Shown here: positions 20,095 to 31,362 of the stretch, piece by piece | How the letters are laid out: the number at the start of each line of letters is the position of its first letter | How positions within the stretch are numbered: position 1 is the first letter of the stretch | From: an uncultured Pirellulales bacterium | GTDB taxonomy: Bacteria; Planctomycetota; Phycisphaerae; Sedimentisphaerales; Anaerobacaceae | Assembly (NCBI GenBank): GCA_964610435.1 | Contig: CAZSXM010000003.1 | Coordinates: 86,575-150,574, forward strand | Direction: 5' to 3' | Length of the DNA stretch: 64,000 nt | The notes under the pieces: generated by a model | What the model saw: the letters and a program-made list of their open reading frames with translations, nothing else | Database searches by the model: none | Told to the model about the DNA's origin: nothing | Translations under genes and position numbers: made by a program

Positions 20095-21489
20095 ATGGAA
20101 GAGAAAAACTTGTTTGCCCCTTCGGAAAAGGCGAATGTGAGATCCGCCGCTCCGCTGGCGGCGCGGATGCGTCCGAGAACACTTGACGAGTTTGTCGGGC
20201 AGCGACATTTTCTTGCGCCGGGCAAATTGCTGACGCGAATGCTGGCGGCCGATCGACTCAGCAGCCTGGTCTTTCACGGTCCACCCGGGGTCGGAAAGAC
20301 GTCGCTGGCGACGGTGATTGCCCGCCACACGCGCGCCAGGTTCCGCTATCTCAGCGCGCCGGCCGCGACGGTCAAGGACATTCGCGATGTGCTGGCCGAA
20401 GCCAGAGATCGGCTGGCCAGCGGCGCGGGCCGAACGGTACTTTTCATCGACGAAATTCACCGTTTCAATCGGGCCCAGCAGGATGTGCTGCTCGACGACG
20501 TCGAGTCGGGCATCATCGTGCTGATCGGCGCGACCACGGAGAATCCGTATTTCTCGATCAATGGTCCGCTGATCTCGCGCAGCACGGTGTTTCGATTCGA
20601 GCCGTTATCCGTCGATGAGGTCGTTCAGTTGTTGGAATGGGCGCTTCGCGACGTCGAGCGTGGGCTGGGTTCGCTGACGATTCAGGCGGATGCCGCGGCA
20701 CTGCGCTTTCTGGCGGAGATGGCCGACGGCGATGGGCGCAAGGCCCTGACGGCGCTGGAGGTTGGCGTGCGGTCGCAGGCCGGCGGTGCCGAGGGTGGGC
20801 CGATAAAATTCGGCTTGGGTGTTGCGAAAGAGTCGATCCAGGAGAAGGCCCTCGCCTACGACAATGCCGGGGATTCACATTACGACCTGGCCAGCGCTCT
20901 GCAGAAGAGCATGCGAGGCTCAGACCCCGACGCGACGGTTTACTGGCTGGCTCGGATGCTCGCCGGGGGCGAGGATGTGCGATTTGTGGCCCGGCGGATC
21001 GCGGTCTGTGCGGCCGAGGACGTGGGCAATGCCGATCCGATGGCCACGGTCCTGGCGGCTGCCGCTGTGCAGATCTCCGAGTTCGTCGGGCTGCCGGAGG
21101 CCCAATTGGCGCTGGCTCAGGCAGCCATCTATATCGCCTGTGCGCCGAAGTCGAACGCATGCGCCGAGGCGATCTGGAAGGCCATGAATGACGTCAAGAC
21201 CAAGCCCACGCGGGCGGTGCCGCGCCATCTGAAGGATTCGCACTATGCGGCTGCGAAGAAAGCCGGCATCGGTGCCGCCTACAAGTACCCGCATGATTTC
21301 TCCGATGGTTTCGTGGTTCAGGAATACCTGCCCGGACACGCCGAGCGATATTATGCGCCGAAGAACGTCGGGTACGAAAAAACGATAGGTCACCATTTAC
21401 AGGAACTGCAAAGGCTGATAGATAGTACCAGGACGGTTGAGCGTACGGCAACCCACGGCAATCAGGGGCCTATGGATGGACAAGGTTGA
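20095..21489 (+). CDS. rarA: Replication-associated recombination protein A (AAA+ ATPase)
   Basis: APLAARMRPRTLDEFVGQ, GPPGVGKT, LFIDEIHRFN, GATTENP, KSMRGSDPDA, EDVGNADP, YKYPHD. The ORF track's 257-aa upstream extension is discounted. Confidence 0.95.
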   Translation: MEEKNLFAPSEKANVRSAAPLAARMRPRTLDEFVGQRHFLAPGKLLTRMLAADRLSSLVFHGPPGVGKTSLATVIARHTRARFRYLSAPAATVKDIRDVLAEARDRLASGAGRTVLFIDEIHRFNRAQQDVLLDDVESGIIVLIGATTENPYFSINGPLISRSTVFRFEPLSVDEVVQLLEWALRDVERGLGSLTIQADAAALRFLAEMADGDGRKALTALEVGVRSQAGGAEGGPIKFGLGVAKESIQEKALAYDNAGDSHYDLASALQKSMRGSDPDATVYWLARMLAGGEDVRFVARRIAVCAAEDVGNADPMATVLAAAAVQISEFVGLPEAQLALAQAAIYIACAPKSNACAEAIWKAMNDVKTKPTRAVPRHLKDSHYAAAKKAGIGAAYKYPHDFSDGFVVQEYLPGHAERYYAPKNVGYEKTIGHHLQELQRLIDSTRTVERTATHGNQGPMDGQG

Positions 21490-22057
21490 GTTGCGCCGCC
21501 AGTTGCAGAACCGCCTGTTTTCCATGCCGGAGCAGGAACGACTGAACAAGAGTCGCAGGGCGTGTCGCAACTTGGTCGCCACCGAGCGGTTTCAGGAGGC
21601 CTCGACCATCATGATGTTCCTGTCGTTGGCGCACGAGGTGGACACGTCTGAGGCGATCCTCCACGCCTGGCAGCTCGGAAAGACGGTGGCGGTCCCGAAG
21701 ATCTCCTGGCAGCAGCGCCACATGATTCCCGTCGGGATCAGCTCGTTGGAGACGGGGCTGTCGACCGGAGCGATGGGCTTGCGAAATCCGGTCGACGGTG
21801 TGCCGATTCCTTTCGACCAGATCGACCTGGTGGTTTCGCCGGCGCTGGGCTACGACCGTCGGGGCAATCGACTGGGTCGTGGCGGAGCGTTTTACGATCG
21901 GTTCTTTGCCAACGAGACACTGACCGCATCGCGGTGCGGCTTGGCGTTCATCGAACAAGTGGTGGATTCCGTTCCGGTTGCCGAGAGCGACCAGCCGGTC
22001 GATTTCCTGGTGACGGACGAAGGAATAATCAGTTGCGATCTGCGGAAAGGAGCATAG
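21476..22057 (+). CDS. 5-formyltetrahydrofolate cyclo-ligase (ygfA-like)
   Basis: KVELRR, EVDT, VAVPK, IDLVVSPALGYDRRGNRLGRGGAFYDRF, VDFLVTD. Confidence 0.93.
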   Translation: MDKVELRRQLQNRLFSMPEQERLNKSRRACRNLVATERFQEASTIMMFLSLAHEVDTSEAILHAWQLGKTVAVPKISWQQRHMIPVGISSLETGLSTGAMGLRNPVDGVPIPFDQIDLVVSPALGYDRRGNRLGRGGAFYDRFFANETLTASRCGLAFIEQVVDSVPVAESDQPVDFLVTDEGIISCDLRKGA

Positions 22058-22058
22058 G

Positions 22059-23186
22059 ATGGCTCGCTTGTTTTCCCGTGCAGGACGGAAACGAAGAAGA
22101 CTGAAAAACAACACACTTTACCTCGCCGTATCGGTCATTGTGTTCGCGATTGTGGTGTTCATTTTGTTTCGAGGGGATTCCTCGGCCCCGCAGGAGGCGG
22201 CTGCGGTCGATATGGACAGCGAGAGTCCCTCGGTGACCGAACCGGCTCGGACGACGCCACAACTTGCTGTCGTCGAGACGAGTGTGGCCCCCGGTTCTGC
22301 GTCACGGCCGGCCCCTGCGCAGACGCCTGTCGAGCCGGAGAGGCAGCGTTCTGTGGTGCAGGAAGTGGCTGAGACGGAGCCTGTTGCTGCCGAGGAATCG
22401 GGGCCTGTCGCGCAGCCGGCCAATCCAAAGACCGAGGCGGTGGTGGCCGAGGCCATGGCCATGCTGAACTCCCATCCGCGCCAGGTCATATCCGCGCGGA
22501 ACAAGCTCAATGAAGCTCTGGCAATGCCCATGTCGCCGCGCCAGCGTCTGGTGGTGAAAGAGGAGCTGACAAAGCTGTCGAAGGAATGGCTTCTCGGTCC
22601 GGCGGCCTTCGCGGGCGATACGTTGTGCGACAACTACACCGTACAGCCGGGCGATCTCTTGCAGGTCATTGGGCGGCGGAACAAGGTTCCGTACGAGATC
22701 CTGATGCAGATCAACAATATTCCCCGCCCCCAGAGCCTTCAGGCGGGCAAGACGATCAAGATCATCAACGGGCCGTTCCACGCCAAGGTCTGTCGCTCCA
22801 CGTTCACGATGGACCTGTACCTGCAGGACGTCTACGTTCGCAGTTTCAAGGTGGGTTTGGGCCGGGCCGGCTATGAGACGCCCACCGGTTTGTGGCGCGT
22901 CCAGGAGGGCGGCAAGCTCATCGCGCCGACGTGGACCGATCCGGATTCGGGACGGGTGTACAAGGCGACCGACCCGGATTACCCGCTGGGTTCACGCTGG
23001 ATCGCATTGGATGGGATCGACGGCAACGCCAAAGGGCGGACCGGGTTTGCGATTCACGGCACCAAGGAGCCCGAGCAGATCGGCACGGCCGGCTCGCGCG
23101 GTTGTATCCGCATGTTCAACGGCGACGCCATCTTCGTGTACAACCTGCTCTTCCCGCTTTACTCGAAGGTGGAAGTCTTCGACTGA
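22059..23186 (+). CDS. Membrane-anchored LysM-domain L,D-transpeptidase (YkuD family)
   Basis: N-terminal TM; Pro/Ala/Glu linker; LysM (YTVQPGD...INNI); catalytic motif IHGT...GSRGCIRM. Confidence 0.9.
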   Translation: MARLFSRAGRKRRRLKNNTLYLAVSVIVFAIVVFILFRGDSSAPQEAAAVDMDSESPSVTEPARTTPQLAVVETSVAPGSASRPAPAQTPVEPERQRSVVQEVAETEPVAAEESGPVAQPANPKTEAVVAEAMAMLNSHPRQVISARNKLNEALAMPMSPRQRLVVKEELTKLSKEWLLGPAAFAGDTLCDNYTVQPGDLLQVIGRRNKVPYEILMQINNIPRPQSLQAGKTIKIINGPFHAKVCRSTFTMDLYLQDVYVRSFKVGLGRAGYETPTGLWRVQEGGKLIAPTWTDPDSGRVYKATDPDYPLGSRWIALDGIDGNAKGRTGFAIHGTKEPEQIGTAGSRGCIRMFNGDAIFVYNLLFPLYSKVEVFD

Positions 23187-23238
23187 CCATTTCGGCCTTG
23201 TCAGGGGGGTGCAGCTTAGCCGACAACGGGTCTCGGCG

Positions 23239-24510
<1,272 letters not shown>

Positions 24511-24763
24511 GATCCCTTTCCTGTCTTGGTGACCTGTTTCCTGTCGGTGCTCATTCTACAGCAAAGGCGCTATCCTGTCTGCCCTCTATCCGTGCTAAGG
24601 TCGGCTTCTGTGATTGCCATCGGTCGTCAAGGCATTCGGGCTGCCGCGACGGCCGCCAGGGTATTGGCAAATCCAAGGTTATTCGGATAGACCCCAAGAG
24701 GGCGGCGAAGTGGAGCTTGGCTGTGTGCCCATCCTGTTGTTGTCGGCCGCGGGCAGTGCATCG

Positions 24764-26047
24764 CTACGCGGGCCTGAGAGCGACCTTGTTGGCGCCGTCG
24801 ATGACGATGATCTTGGCGTTGGGCTGCTCGGCGAGCCAGCCGTCTACCACGGCCTGCGGGTCATGCGCTGGATACAGATGGGCCGCTTCGACGAGATCGT
24901 CGGGAATCTGCGTGTGCATCCAGATGCGTCGCAGCCGGCGGATCAGCACGGCGAACTTGTAGGGCTTGTGACTGTACAGGACATAGTCCTTCTGGATCGA
25001 TTGGATCACCTCGTCGAGTGGGGCGGTGAGACGGTCGTAGAAATTGGCCAGGGTTTGCGGCTCGCCGATGCCGTTGGGACAGGCGGCCAGGAACAGAACT
25101 TCGCCACCATCGCTCACCGCCGCTCGGTTCAGTTCCAGGGCCCGCTGGGCGATGTACAGGTCTTCGTCGTCGCTCTGTCCGCCCGGCGAGACGACCAGAT
25201 GCGACGCTGGGGCAACCGTCTGGATGTTCCGCTCGTCGGTCACGGCGAAGGACTCGGCGCTCACGTCCTGGACCGGCCCGAATCGCGCCCAGATCAGCCG
25301 TCGGCCGGCGCTGAGCATCACCAGCGCGTAGACCGGCCGGCTCCTGGCGATCAGGTCCATCCCCTCGATCATGTCCTCGGCCAGTGGGTTGTTTCGCTGG
25401 TCGGGATTCAGGTGCCAGGGATGTGCGCCGTGCGTGGATTCATCAAGCAGGGCCAGGCTGTGATTCTGTTCGACGGTGCGGAAGGCACAGATGCCGGGCA
25501 CGAAGTTCTTCACGGGATTCGAGTATCCGGCAAAGTAGTGGACCTTCACATCCGCAACAACGAGAAAGGCGTCTGCCTCCTCGGCAAAGGCGTTGGCCAG
25601 TACCTGCGTCCCTCTCGACGTGCGGCCGATGTCGATGAACGCGTCGGCCTGGCAGTCGTGGGTGTGGATTCGCACAACGGTCAGGCCGGCGTCCCGGCCG
25701 GCCTTTTCGATCTCGCGGCGGATCTGCTCGTTCTTCGGCGTCGCGGCTGTGTGCGTCCCCGTGCAGATCAGGAATTGGACCGAGGCCGCCTGCAGTAGCA
25801 CCCCGCAGACGCGAGGCAGCACGTCGATCAGAGGCTCGTCGCGCGTGCCGTCGTCGACGAGGACGCACACCCGCTTGCCGGCGACCGCGTCGCGAAAGGC
25901 GCCCGCCTGGCCGTCCATCGTCTCCCACGGGCTCACGACCCCATTGTCGCTCTGATCCCCCTGCCAGGGCCGGATGATCTCCTGAACGTTCCGATCCGGC
26001 ACCCGGAGTGAGACAATGCCTGTTCCATAGTGAAGGTCTACATTCAT
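24764..26047 (-). CDS. LarA-family (DUF2088) nickel-pincer-dependent racemase/epimerase homolog
   Basis: DDGTR, CTGTH, HYFAGYS-x3-K-x2-PG, NH; C-terminal LACPNGIG. Confidence 0.8.
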   Translation of the reverse strand: MNVDLHYGTGIVSLRVPDRNVQEIIRPWQGDQSDNGVVSPWETMDGQAGAFRDAVAGKRVCVLVDDGTRDEPLIDVLPRVCGVLLQAASVQFLICTGTHTAATPKNEQIRREIEKAGRDAGLTVVRIHTHDCQADAFIDIGRTSRGTQVLANAFAEEADAFLVVADVKVHYFAGYSNPVKNFVPGICAFRTVEQNHSLALLDESTHGAHPWHLNPDQRNNPLAEDMIEGMDLIARSRPVYALVMLSAGRRLIWARFGPVQDVSAESFAVTDERNIQTVAPASHLVVSPGGQSDDEDLYIAQRALELNRAAVSDGGEVLFLAACPNGIGEPQTLANFYDRLTAPLDEVIQSIQKDYVLYSHKPYKFAVLIRRLRRIWMHTQIPDDLVEAAHLYPAHDPQAVVDGWLAEQPNAKIIVIDGANKVALRPA

Positions 26048-26141
26048 AATGGCCCTCAGAATTCGCCTATCCCCGTATGAGATCCATCGGAGAGCGGGAC
26101 AATCACCTCGTACTTCGTATTTCAAACATAAGCTGTTCTGG

Positions 26142-28139
26142 TCAGGATGTGGTTCGCAGAGGTTCGATTCGGGCGATTAGCTCGTCGGCGAGCGCGGTCT
26201 TGGCGGCGATGTGTTTCTCGATCTCGCCGACGAAGTCATCGGCTTCGAACGAGCCTCGCACGGCTTCGAAATCCTTGATCTTGGCCTGTGAGTTCCCATC
26301 GAGGCCGAAACCGATTTGGGCGGTCGGGGCAAACTCCTTTTTCGCATCGGCATAGAGCTGCTGGTCGAGGTCCAGCACGGCCTCTTTCCAGCGATTCGTC
26401 AGGCCGATGATATCTTCGGCGGTGAGCTCATCGATGGCTTTGCCGGTTTGCTTGGCGATTACATTGGCGGCCCAGGCCCACTCATAGACCGAGTAGCTCT
26501 CGTGCATGGAGGCAAATCGCGCGTCCAGTTTCTCAAGCGCATCGACGTGGCTGTCTTCGATGTCATCGAGGAGTTGCTCGACCGCCTTAGCCGGGGCGAA
26601 CATCCCGCCCAGATCGATCCACGTACCCGGTCCGATGTCGGTCTCCGGTCGCAGCGCCGCCCGCAACTCATCCAGCGACCGCAGGGCCTTGCCTTCGAGG
26701 CGATTGAGCAGGCAGTTGCCGAGATATTTGTCGATCCCGGTCTGGTAGAGCGTGATGCCGCGTTCGAGGGCGGCGTTGGGAATCTTGACGCTGTTGTACG
26801 TAAAATAGTCGCTGGTCGGTCCGCTCGTCTCCTTGAGCCTGCGAAGCAGGTCTCGCCCGTGGATCATCTTCTGGATGGTGAACGGGCTGAGCAGCTTGAA
26901 GTTGATGTAATCGAGCTTCTTCGAGTCTTTGCGCCGGTCCCGCTGGGGCCACTTACGGGCGTCGCGGACCGTTCCGACGCTGCGCAAATTGACGCCCGGC
27001 GCCAGAACGCTCTGGTCGTCGTGCTCGATCAGATACGAGAAGGGCAGGTCGGAGGTGTCGGAGTTGTGGTAGTGCCGACCCATCACGACGGTAAAGGCCC
27101 CGACCTTGGCGGGCCAGAGCATATAGGAGTCGCTTCCCGTCTTACAGCCCCGTTCGACCACTCCCTGGTGGACCGGCCCGAGCTTGTAGTGGTGGTTGCT
27201 CTGGTTGGTGCCGCTGCCGGCGTTGACGAAGGAGAACAGCCCGGCGATCAGCAGTGTGGACTTGTGGTGCGTCGCCGTATAGGGCCCGGCGAAGATCGAG
27301 CAGGCCTCGCCATGGAAGCCGCCGCAGTTGGCGAAGAAGACCGAGTGCTCGGCCGAGTACTCTTTGGCCAGAACGGTACCCTGGCCGACGAAGCAGTCGC
27401 AGAGGATGGTGCCGTCGGTGATTCTCGCTCCGCTGGCGATGATGAAGTCCTCGGCATAGACGCCGGGTCCGATATACACCGGGTCCTCAGTGCTGCTATT
27501 GACCGAGCCATTCTCAAGCCGGTTGGCGCCCTCGATCACGGCGGCCGGACCGATCTTGACGTTCTTGAGGATGCCGCAGTTCGTGATCCTGGCGCCACGG
27601 CCGATGCGGCCCATCGAGGATGTAACCGTTGCGGCGTAGTCGCGAATCATCTCCTTGAGTCTTGCGATCGCCGCGGCCCGGTGGCGATAGAAGGCCAGGA
27701 TATAGCCCGTGTGTGCTGACAGACGGTCATAGATGGGGATCTCACGCCCCCCGGCCTCGTTTACGACGGGTACGGCCTTGCCGTTGCCGAAGGCGCAGTG
27801 GCCCTCGACGGCGAGCAGATCGATATTGTCGATGACGGCGTCCTCTTCGATGATATAGTTGGCGATCGTGCTTCGCGCGTGACCGATATAGGCATTGTCG
27901 CCGATCGTACAGTTGTGGATCGTGGCGCGATAGACGCCGGTGGGTTTGCGGACACCTCCGAAGAAGAGAACATGCCCGTCGAATTTACCCAATTTGACAT
28001 CGCCGCAGAAGTGCACGTCGCGGATGCGATCGGCGGAAAACCCTTCGGCCACCTGGACACGCGACCACTCGGCGCAGAGACAACCCTGACCGGTGAGCCG
28101 AGAGACCTCTTGGGCCGATAAACGTCGCCAATGAGACAC
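26142..28139 (-). CDS. DUF4954-family protein with left-handed beta-helix repeats
   Basis: LTGQGCLCAEWSRV, FGNG, GHARS, FHGEACSIFAGPYTATHHKSTLLIAG, SGTNQSNH, RDARKWPQRD. GTG start after GGAG. Confidence 0.82.
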   Translation of the reverse strand: MSHWRRLSAQEVSRLTGQGCLCAEWSRVQVAEGFSADRIRDVHFCGDVKLGKFDGHVLFFGGVRKPTGVYRATIHNCTIGDNAYIGHARSTIANYIIEEDAVIDNIDLLAVEGHCAFGNGKAVPVVNEAGGREIPIYDRLSAHTGYILAFYRHRAAAIARLKEMIRDYAATVTSSMGRIGRGARITNCGILKNVKIGPAAVIEGANRLENGSVNSSTEDPVYIGPGVYAEDFIIASGARITDGTILCDCFVGQGTVLAKEYSAEHSVFFANCGGFHGEACSIFAGPYTATHHKSTLLIAGLFSFVNAGSGTNQSNHHYKLGPVHQGVVERGCKTGSDSYMLWPAKVGAFTVVMGRHYHNSDTSDLPFSYLIEHDDQSVLAPGVNLRSVGTVRDARKWPQRDRRKDSKKLDYINFKLLSPFTIQKMIHGRDLLRRLKETSGPTSDYFTYNSVKIPNAALERGITLYQTGIDKYLGNCLLNRLEGKALRSLDELRAALRPETDIGPGTWIDLGGMFAPAKAVEQLLDDIEDSHVDALEKLDARFASMHESYSVYEWAWAANVIAKQTGKAIDELTAEDIIGLTNRWKEAVLDLDQQLYADAKKEFAPTAQIGFGLDGNSQAKIKDFEAVRGSFEADDFVGEIEKHIAAKTALADELIARIEPLRTTS

Positions 28140-28238
28140 TGTGACGCTCCTTACTCTGTCGCAGACGGCGCATGGAACGACGGGGGACCTTCCTGAAGCA
28201 GTGCCCTCGACGCTCACGCCACACATCGGAACGCGCAC

Positions 28239-28267
28239 ACTGTAGCGCGACTTTTGACTGCCGTCAA
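28239..28267 (-). promoter_or_regulatory. Sigma70-type promoter TTGACG-N17-TACAGT for DUF4954-larA
   Basis: -35 at 28267-28262, -10 at 28244-28239. Confidence 0.5.
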
Positions 28268-28467
28268 GCCGTTCCGGAATCAGCGTACATGATGGATCGG
28301 ATGTCACGTTGGTGTAGATTAGGCAAATTCCAATATTTTTTGAAGGTACACACTGGTAAGAGTCGATGTAGTGGGATATAAGAAGCTGGCCTCTCTGAGA
28401 ACCTGATGAAGTTGCAGGATGTGGGGCCCGGCACCCCGATGGCCATGTTGGAAGTAGTCGGAAACGG

Positions 28468-29016
28468 ATGTCGAACCAGCCAAGGGTAGTTAAGGTCTTA
28501 GCCGCACTGCTGATCTCCATGACGACCGGAGCAGTCGTCCTGATGATCCTTGGAGACAATCCCCCTTCCGCAGGTCCATTTTGTCTTTCGGCGTATTATC
28601 GGTTGGATTCCGTGGACCACGCCGTACGTTCGCGGATCGCCCCGGAAGCCGGCGGCTGGCAGAGCATTGAGATCGCCTTCAGCGGGACGAGGGGCGGCAA
28701 CATTCAGAGCCTGGCAGGTGCGAAAGGTCTGGCCAATCCGGGGCATCTGGATTGCCATTTCGTGCTGGGCAACGGCATCGGCGCCAGCGACGGTGAGATT
28801 CAGACCACCGAGAGTTGGTTGAATCAGCGGCCCATTCCGCCGGGTCCGACCTGGCGAGGGGACGAGCGGACGATCCGCATATACCTGGTGGGAAATGGGG
28901 TTTCCTCACTGGCGACGGACTATCAACTGAAGCGGCTCGAAACGCTTCTGGAGCTGCTGTGCCGAAAGTTCAATATTTCGCCCGATGCGGTCTATCTGCC
29001 GCGCGACTGCCAATAG
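28468..29016 (+). CDS. Membrane-anchored Amidase_2/PGRP-fold protein, apparently lacking zinc ligands
   Basis: N-terminal TM; WQSIEI, HFVLGNG..DGEIQ, W..Q, IYLVGN, T.YQL..L match the planctomycete amidase pattern. Confidence 0.6.
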   Translation: MSNQPRVVKVLAALLISMTTGAVVLMILGDNPPSAGPFCLSAYYRLDSVDHAVRSRIAPEAGGWQSIEIAFSGTRGGNIQSLAGAKGLANPGHLDCHFVLGNGIGASDGEIQTTESWLNQRPIPPGPTWRGDERTIRIYLVGNGVSSLATDYQLKRLETLLELLCRKFNISPDAVYLPRDCQ

Positions 29017-29023
29017 GGCTACG

Positions 29024-30394
29024 TCAATCCTCGACACGCTCGGTCTGTCCTGCTTCGTCCAGTCGATGACGGACGGCCGACCAGATGTAATAGACGGGGA
29101 CGCCCAGGAGGATGCTGCCGACGCTCAGCAGCGACGGCGTCCGCCATTGTTGGAAGGCAAATACCGCCATGAAGAGCGTCACCGCCATGAAGATGGCCGG
29201 GACGACCGGATAGCCCGGCACGCGAAACGGTCGTTCCATCTCCGGCCGTCGCCAGCGCAGAACATACACCGCACCGATGAAGAGCAACGCAAACAGCGAC
29301 AGACCCACGGCGGCGTACTGATACAGGTCCTGGAAGTCCATGACGAACAGAATGACCACCGCGCAGACGCTTTGCAGGACCATCGCGTAAGTCGGCACTC
29401 CCGCTCGCGGGCTTGTGCGTCCGGCGATCGATGGAAACAACCCATCGCGGGCCATCGCATAGTACACCCTCGGGCCGGTGATGATGAACGCACTGACGGT
29501 CGCCAGGAACGTCAGGCCCAGCAGCACGGAGAACACGTTGGAGGCCCGAGCCCCGAAGAGGTTCTCGACCGCCAGTTGCGGCACCTGTGTGGGGTGCACC
29601 TTGCCGTCGGCGAATCCCACGTTTTCCAGAGGCACCGCATAAGCGAAGACGAGGTTGACGGCCAGGTACAGCAGGACCACCGATCCGGCCCCGAGCAGCA
29701 GCGACCGGGGCAGGACCTTGCCCGGATTGCGGACCTCGCCGGCCAGGTAGCTGGCGGCGTTCCAGCCGCTGTAGGCGAACATGACGAAGAACAACTGGGT
29801 CGCGGCGGTCGCCAGTCCGACCTCCGACATTGGCTGTCCTTCCACAATGTGCGAGAGCTGACCACCGCGAAACAGCATTGCCAAGACCACCAGGCCCACG
29901 AACAGACCGACCTTGATGAGTGTTGTGAGGTTCTGCGTCCAGGCGGAATGGCGATGGCCGATGAGGTTGGGCGCCGTGACCGCGACGATGATGGCCGTCG
30001 CCAGGAACCGGGTCCGGTAGCCTGTTCCCAGCTCGAACGGTGTCAGGAGATACTCTGCGGCGATGTAACTGGCGACTGCCAGCGGTGCCGAGAAGCCGAG
30101 GAAGAACGAGGTCCAGCCCGACAGGAAGGCCGGCATCGGGCCGTAGGCCTCGCGAAGGTAGACGTATTCGCCGCCGGCGCGGGGCAGTGCGGCCGCCAGC
30201 TCGGCCACGCATAGCGCGCCGCACAACGCCAGCAACCCGCCCAGAACCCATAACCCGAAGATCAGAGGGTAGTTCTGAAGCGAGGCCATCATGAAGCCCG
30301 GCGAGACCAGAATCCCCGTACCCACCATGCTGGCGATCACGACATAGGTCGACGTCGACAAACCAAACCCTCGTTGTAGTTCTCTCTTCGGCAT
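29024..30394 (-). CDS. APC-family amino acid permease
   Basis: IASMVGTGI, AELAAALPRAGGEYVYLREAYG, YSGWNA..YLAGEVRNP, GPRVYYAMARDG, RPFRVPGYP. Confidence 0.92.
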   Translation of the reverse strand: MPKRELQRGFGLSTSTYVVIASMVGTGILVSPGFMMASLQNYPLIFGLWVLGGLLALCGALCVAELAAALPRAGGEYVYLREAYGPMPAFLSGWTSFFLGFSAPLAVASYIAAEYLLTPFELGTGYRTRFLATAIIVAVTAPNLIGHRHSAWTQNLTTLIKVGLFVGLVVLAMLFRGGQLSHIVEGQPMSEVGLATAATQLFFVMFAYSGWNAASYLAGEVRNPGKVLPRSLLLGAGSVVLLYLAVNLVFAYAVPLENVGFADGKVHPTQVPQLAVENLFGARASNVFSVLLGLTFLATVSAFIITGPRVYYAMARDGLFPSIAGRTSPRAGVPTYAMVLQSVCAVVILFVMDFQDLYQYAAVGLSLFALLFIGAVYVLRWRRPEMERPFRVPGYPVVPAIFMAVTLFMAVFAFQQWRTPSLLSVGSILLGVPVYYIWSAVRHRLDEAGQTERVED

Positions 30395-30458
30395 TCCTGT
30401 CTTCCTCAAAGGACCTCTGCTGTTCTTCTCCGTTGGTGTCTCCTGGCTCCGGCATTGT

Positions 30459-31337
30459 CTACGGCACCGCCGTTTGAATGATCTTGGCGACGGCGCGGAT
30501 GTGCTCGGGGCTTGTACCGCAGCAGCCGCCTACGATTCGTGCGCCGGCGCGGATGCACTCGGCGATTCCCTCGGCAAAAGGCCCCGGCGTCATATCGAAG
30601 ACCGTCTTTTCGCCGACGAGCCGGGGTTTGCCTGCGTTGGGCTGGGCCAGGATCGGCAGGTCGGTGGCGTTTCTCAACAATCCCACGACGACGGCCGTCT
30701 GGATCGGGTCGAGGTCGCCGCAGTTGGCCCCGACGACGTCGGCGCCGACCTCGGTCAGTTGCCTGGCGCACTGCTCGGCGGTGTCGCCCATCATGGTCCG
30801 GCCGCCCTTGTCCTCAGTCTGAAAGGCGATGGAGACGATCGCTGGAAGCGACGAGACCTCCTTGCACGCGTGCAATGCGACGACCGCCTCTCGCAAGTCG
30901 TACATCGTTTCGATGAGGAAGCCGTCAATGCCCGCCTCCGCGAGAATCCGGGCCTGTTCGCGAAATGCCTCGCAGAACTGCGTCTCGGTGTACGTACCAT
31001 ACGGTTGCAGAAGCTGGCCCGTCGCGCTCATGCTGCCCAACACGTACCGACTACGGTCCGTGGCTCGGTCTGCCAGTTGAACGCCGGCGCGGTTGACCTC
31101 TTCGACCGATACGTTCACGTTGTGCGTTTCGATATAGATGCGATTCATGGTCAGCGTATTGGTCGTCAGAGCGTCGCAGCCGGATCGCGAGTAGGCCTGA
31201 TGGATTTCGAGGACGGCATCGGGCGATTCGAGATTGACTCGCCCCCGGCCCATGAGACCCCTCTTGTCCAGCTCCGTGCCAATGGCCCCATCTAGCAGGA
31301 TAATGCGTTTGGTTTTCAGCAGGCTCAAAAAGCTCAC
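30459..31337 (-). CDS. Homocysteine S-methyltransferase family protein (stand-alone MetH N-terminal-like domain)
   Basis: LLDGAIGTEL, GANC, QPNAGKP, IVGGCCGTSPEHI (three Zn cysteines). Confidence 0.9.
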   Translation of the reverse strand: MSFLSLLKTKRIILLDGAIGTELDKRGLMGRGRVNLESPDAVLEIHQAYSRSGCDALTTNTLTMNRIYIETHNVNVSVEEVNRAGVQLADRATDRSRYVLGSMSATGQLLQPYGTYTETQFCEAFREQARILAEAGIDGFLIETMYDLREAVVALHACKEVSSLPAIVSIAFQTEDKGGRTMMGDTAEQCARQLTEVGADVVGANCGDLDPIQTAVVVGLLRNATDLPILAQPNAGKPRLVGEKTVFDMTPGPFAEGIAECIRAGARIVGGCCGTSPEHIRAVAKIIQTAVP

Positions 31338-31362
31338 CGCAGTCCTTTCATCCGATGGGAAG

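Noticed and set aside
26119-26148. dif-like half site (ttcaaacataa); similar at 3922-3932
   Set aside because: Only a partial XerD-arm match, with no XerC arm at 6-bp spacing.
26161-26170. GGTTCGATTC tRNA T-loop-like motif
   Set aside because: Lies inside the DUF4954 CDS and no cloverleaf can be built around it.
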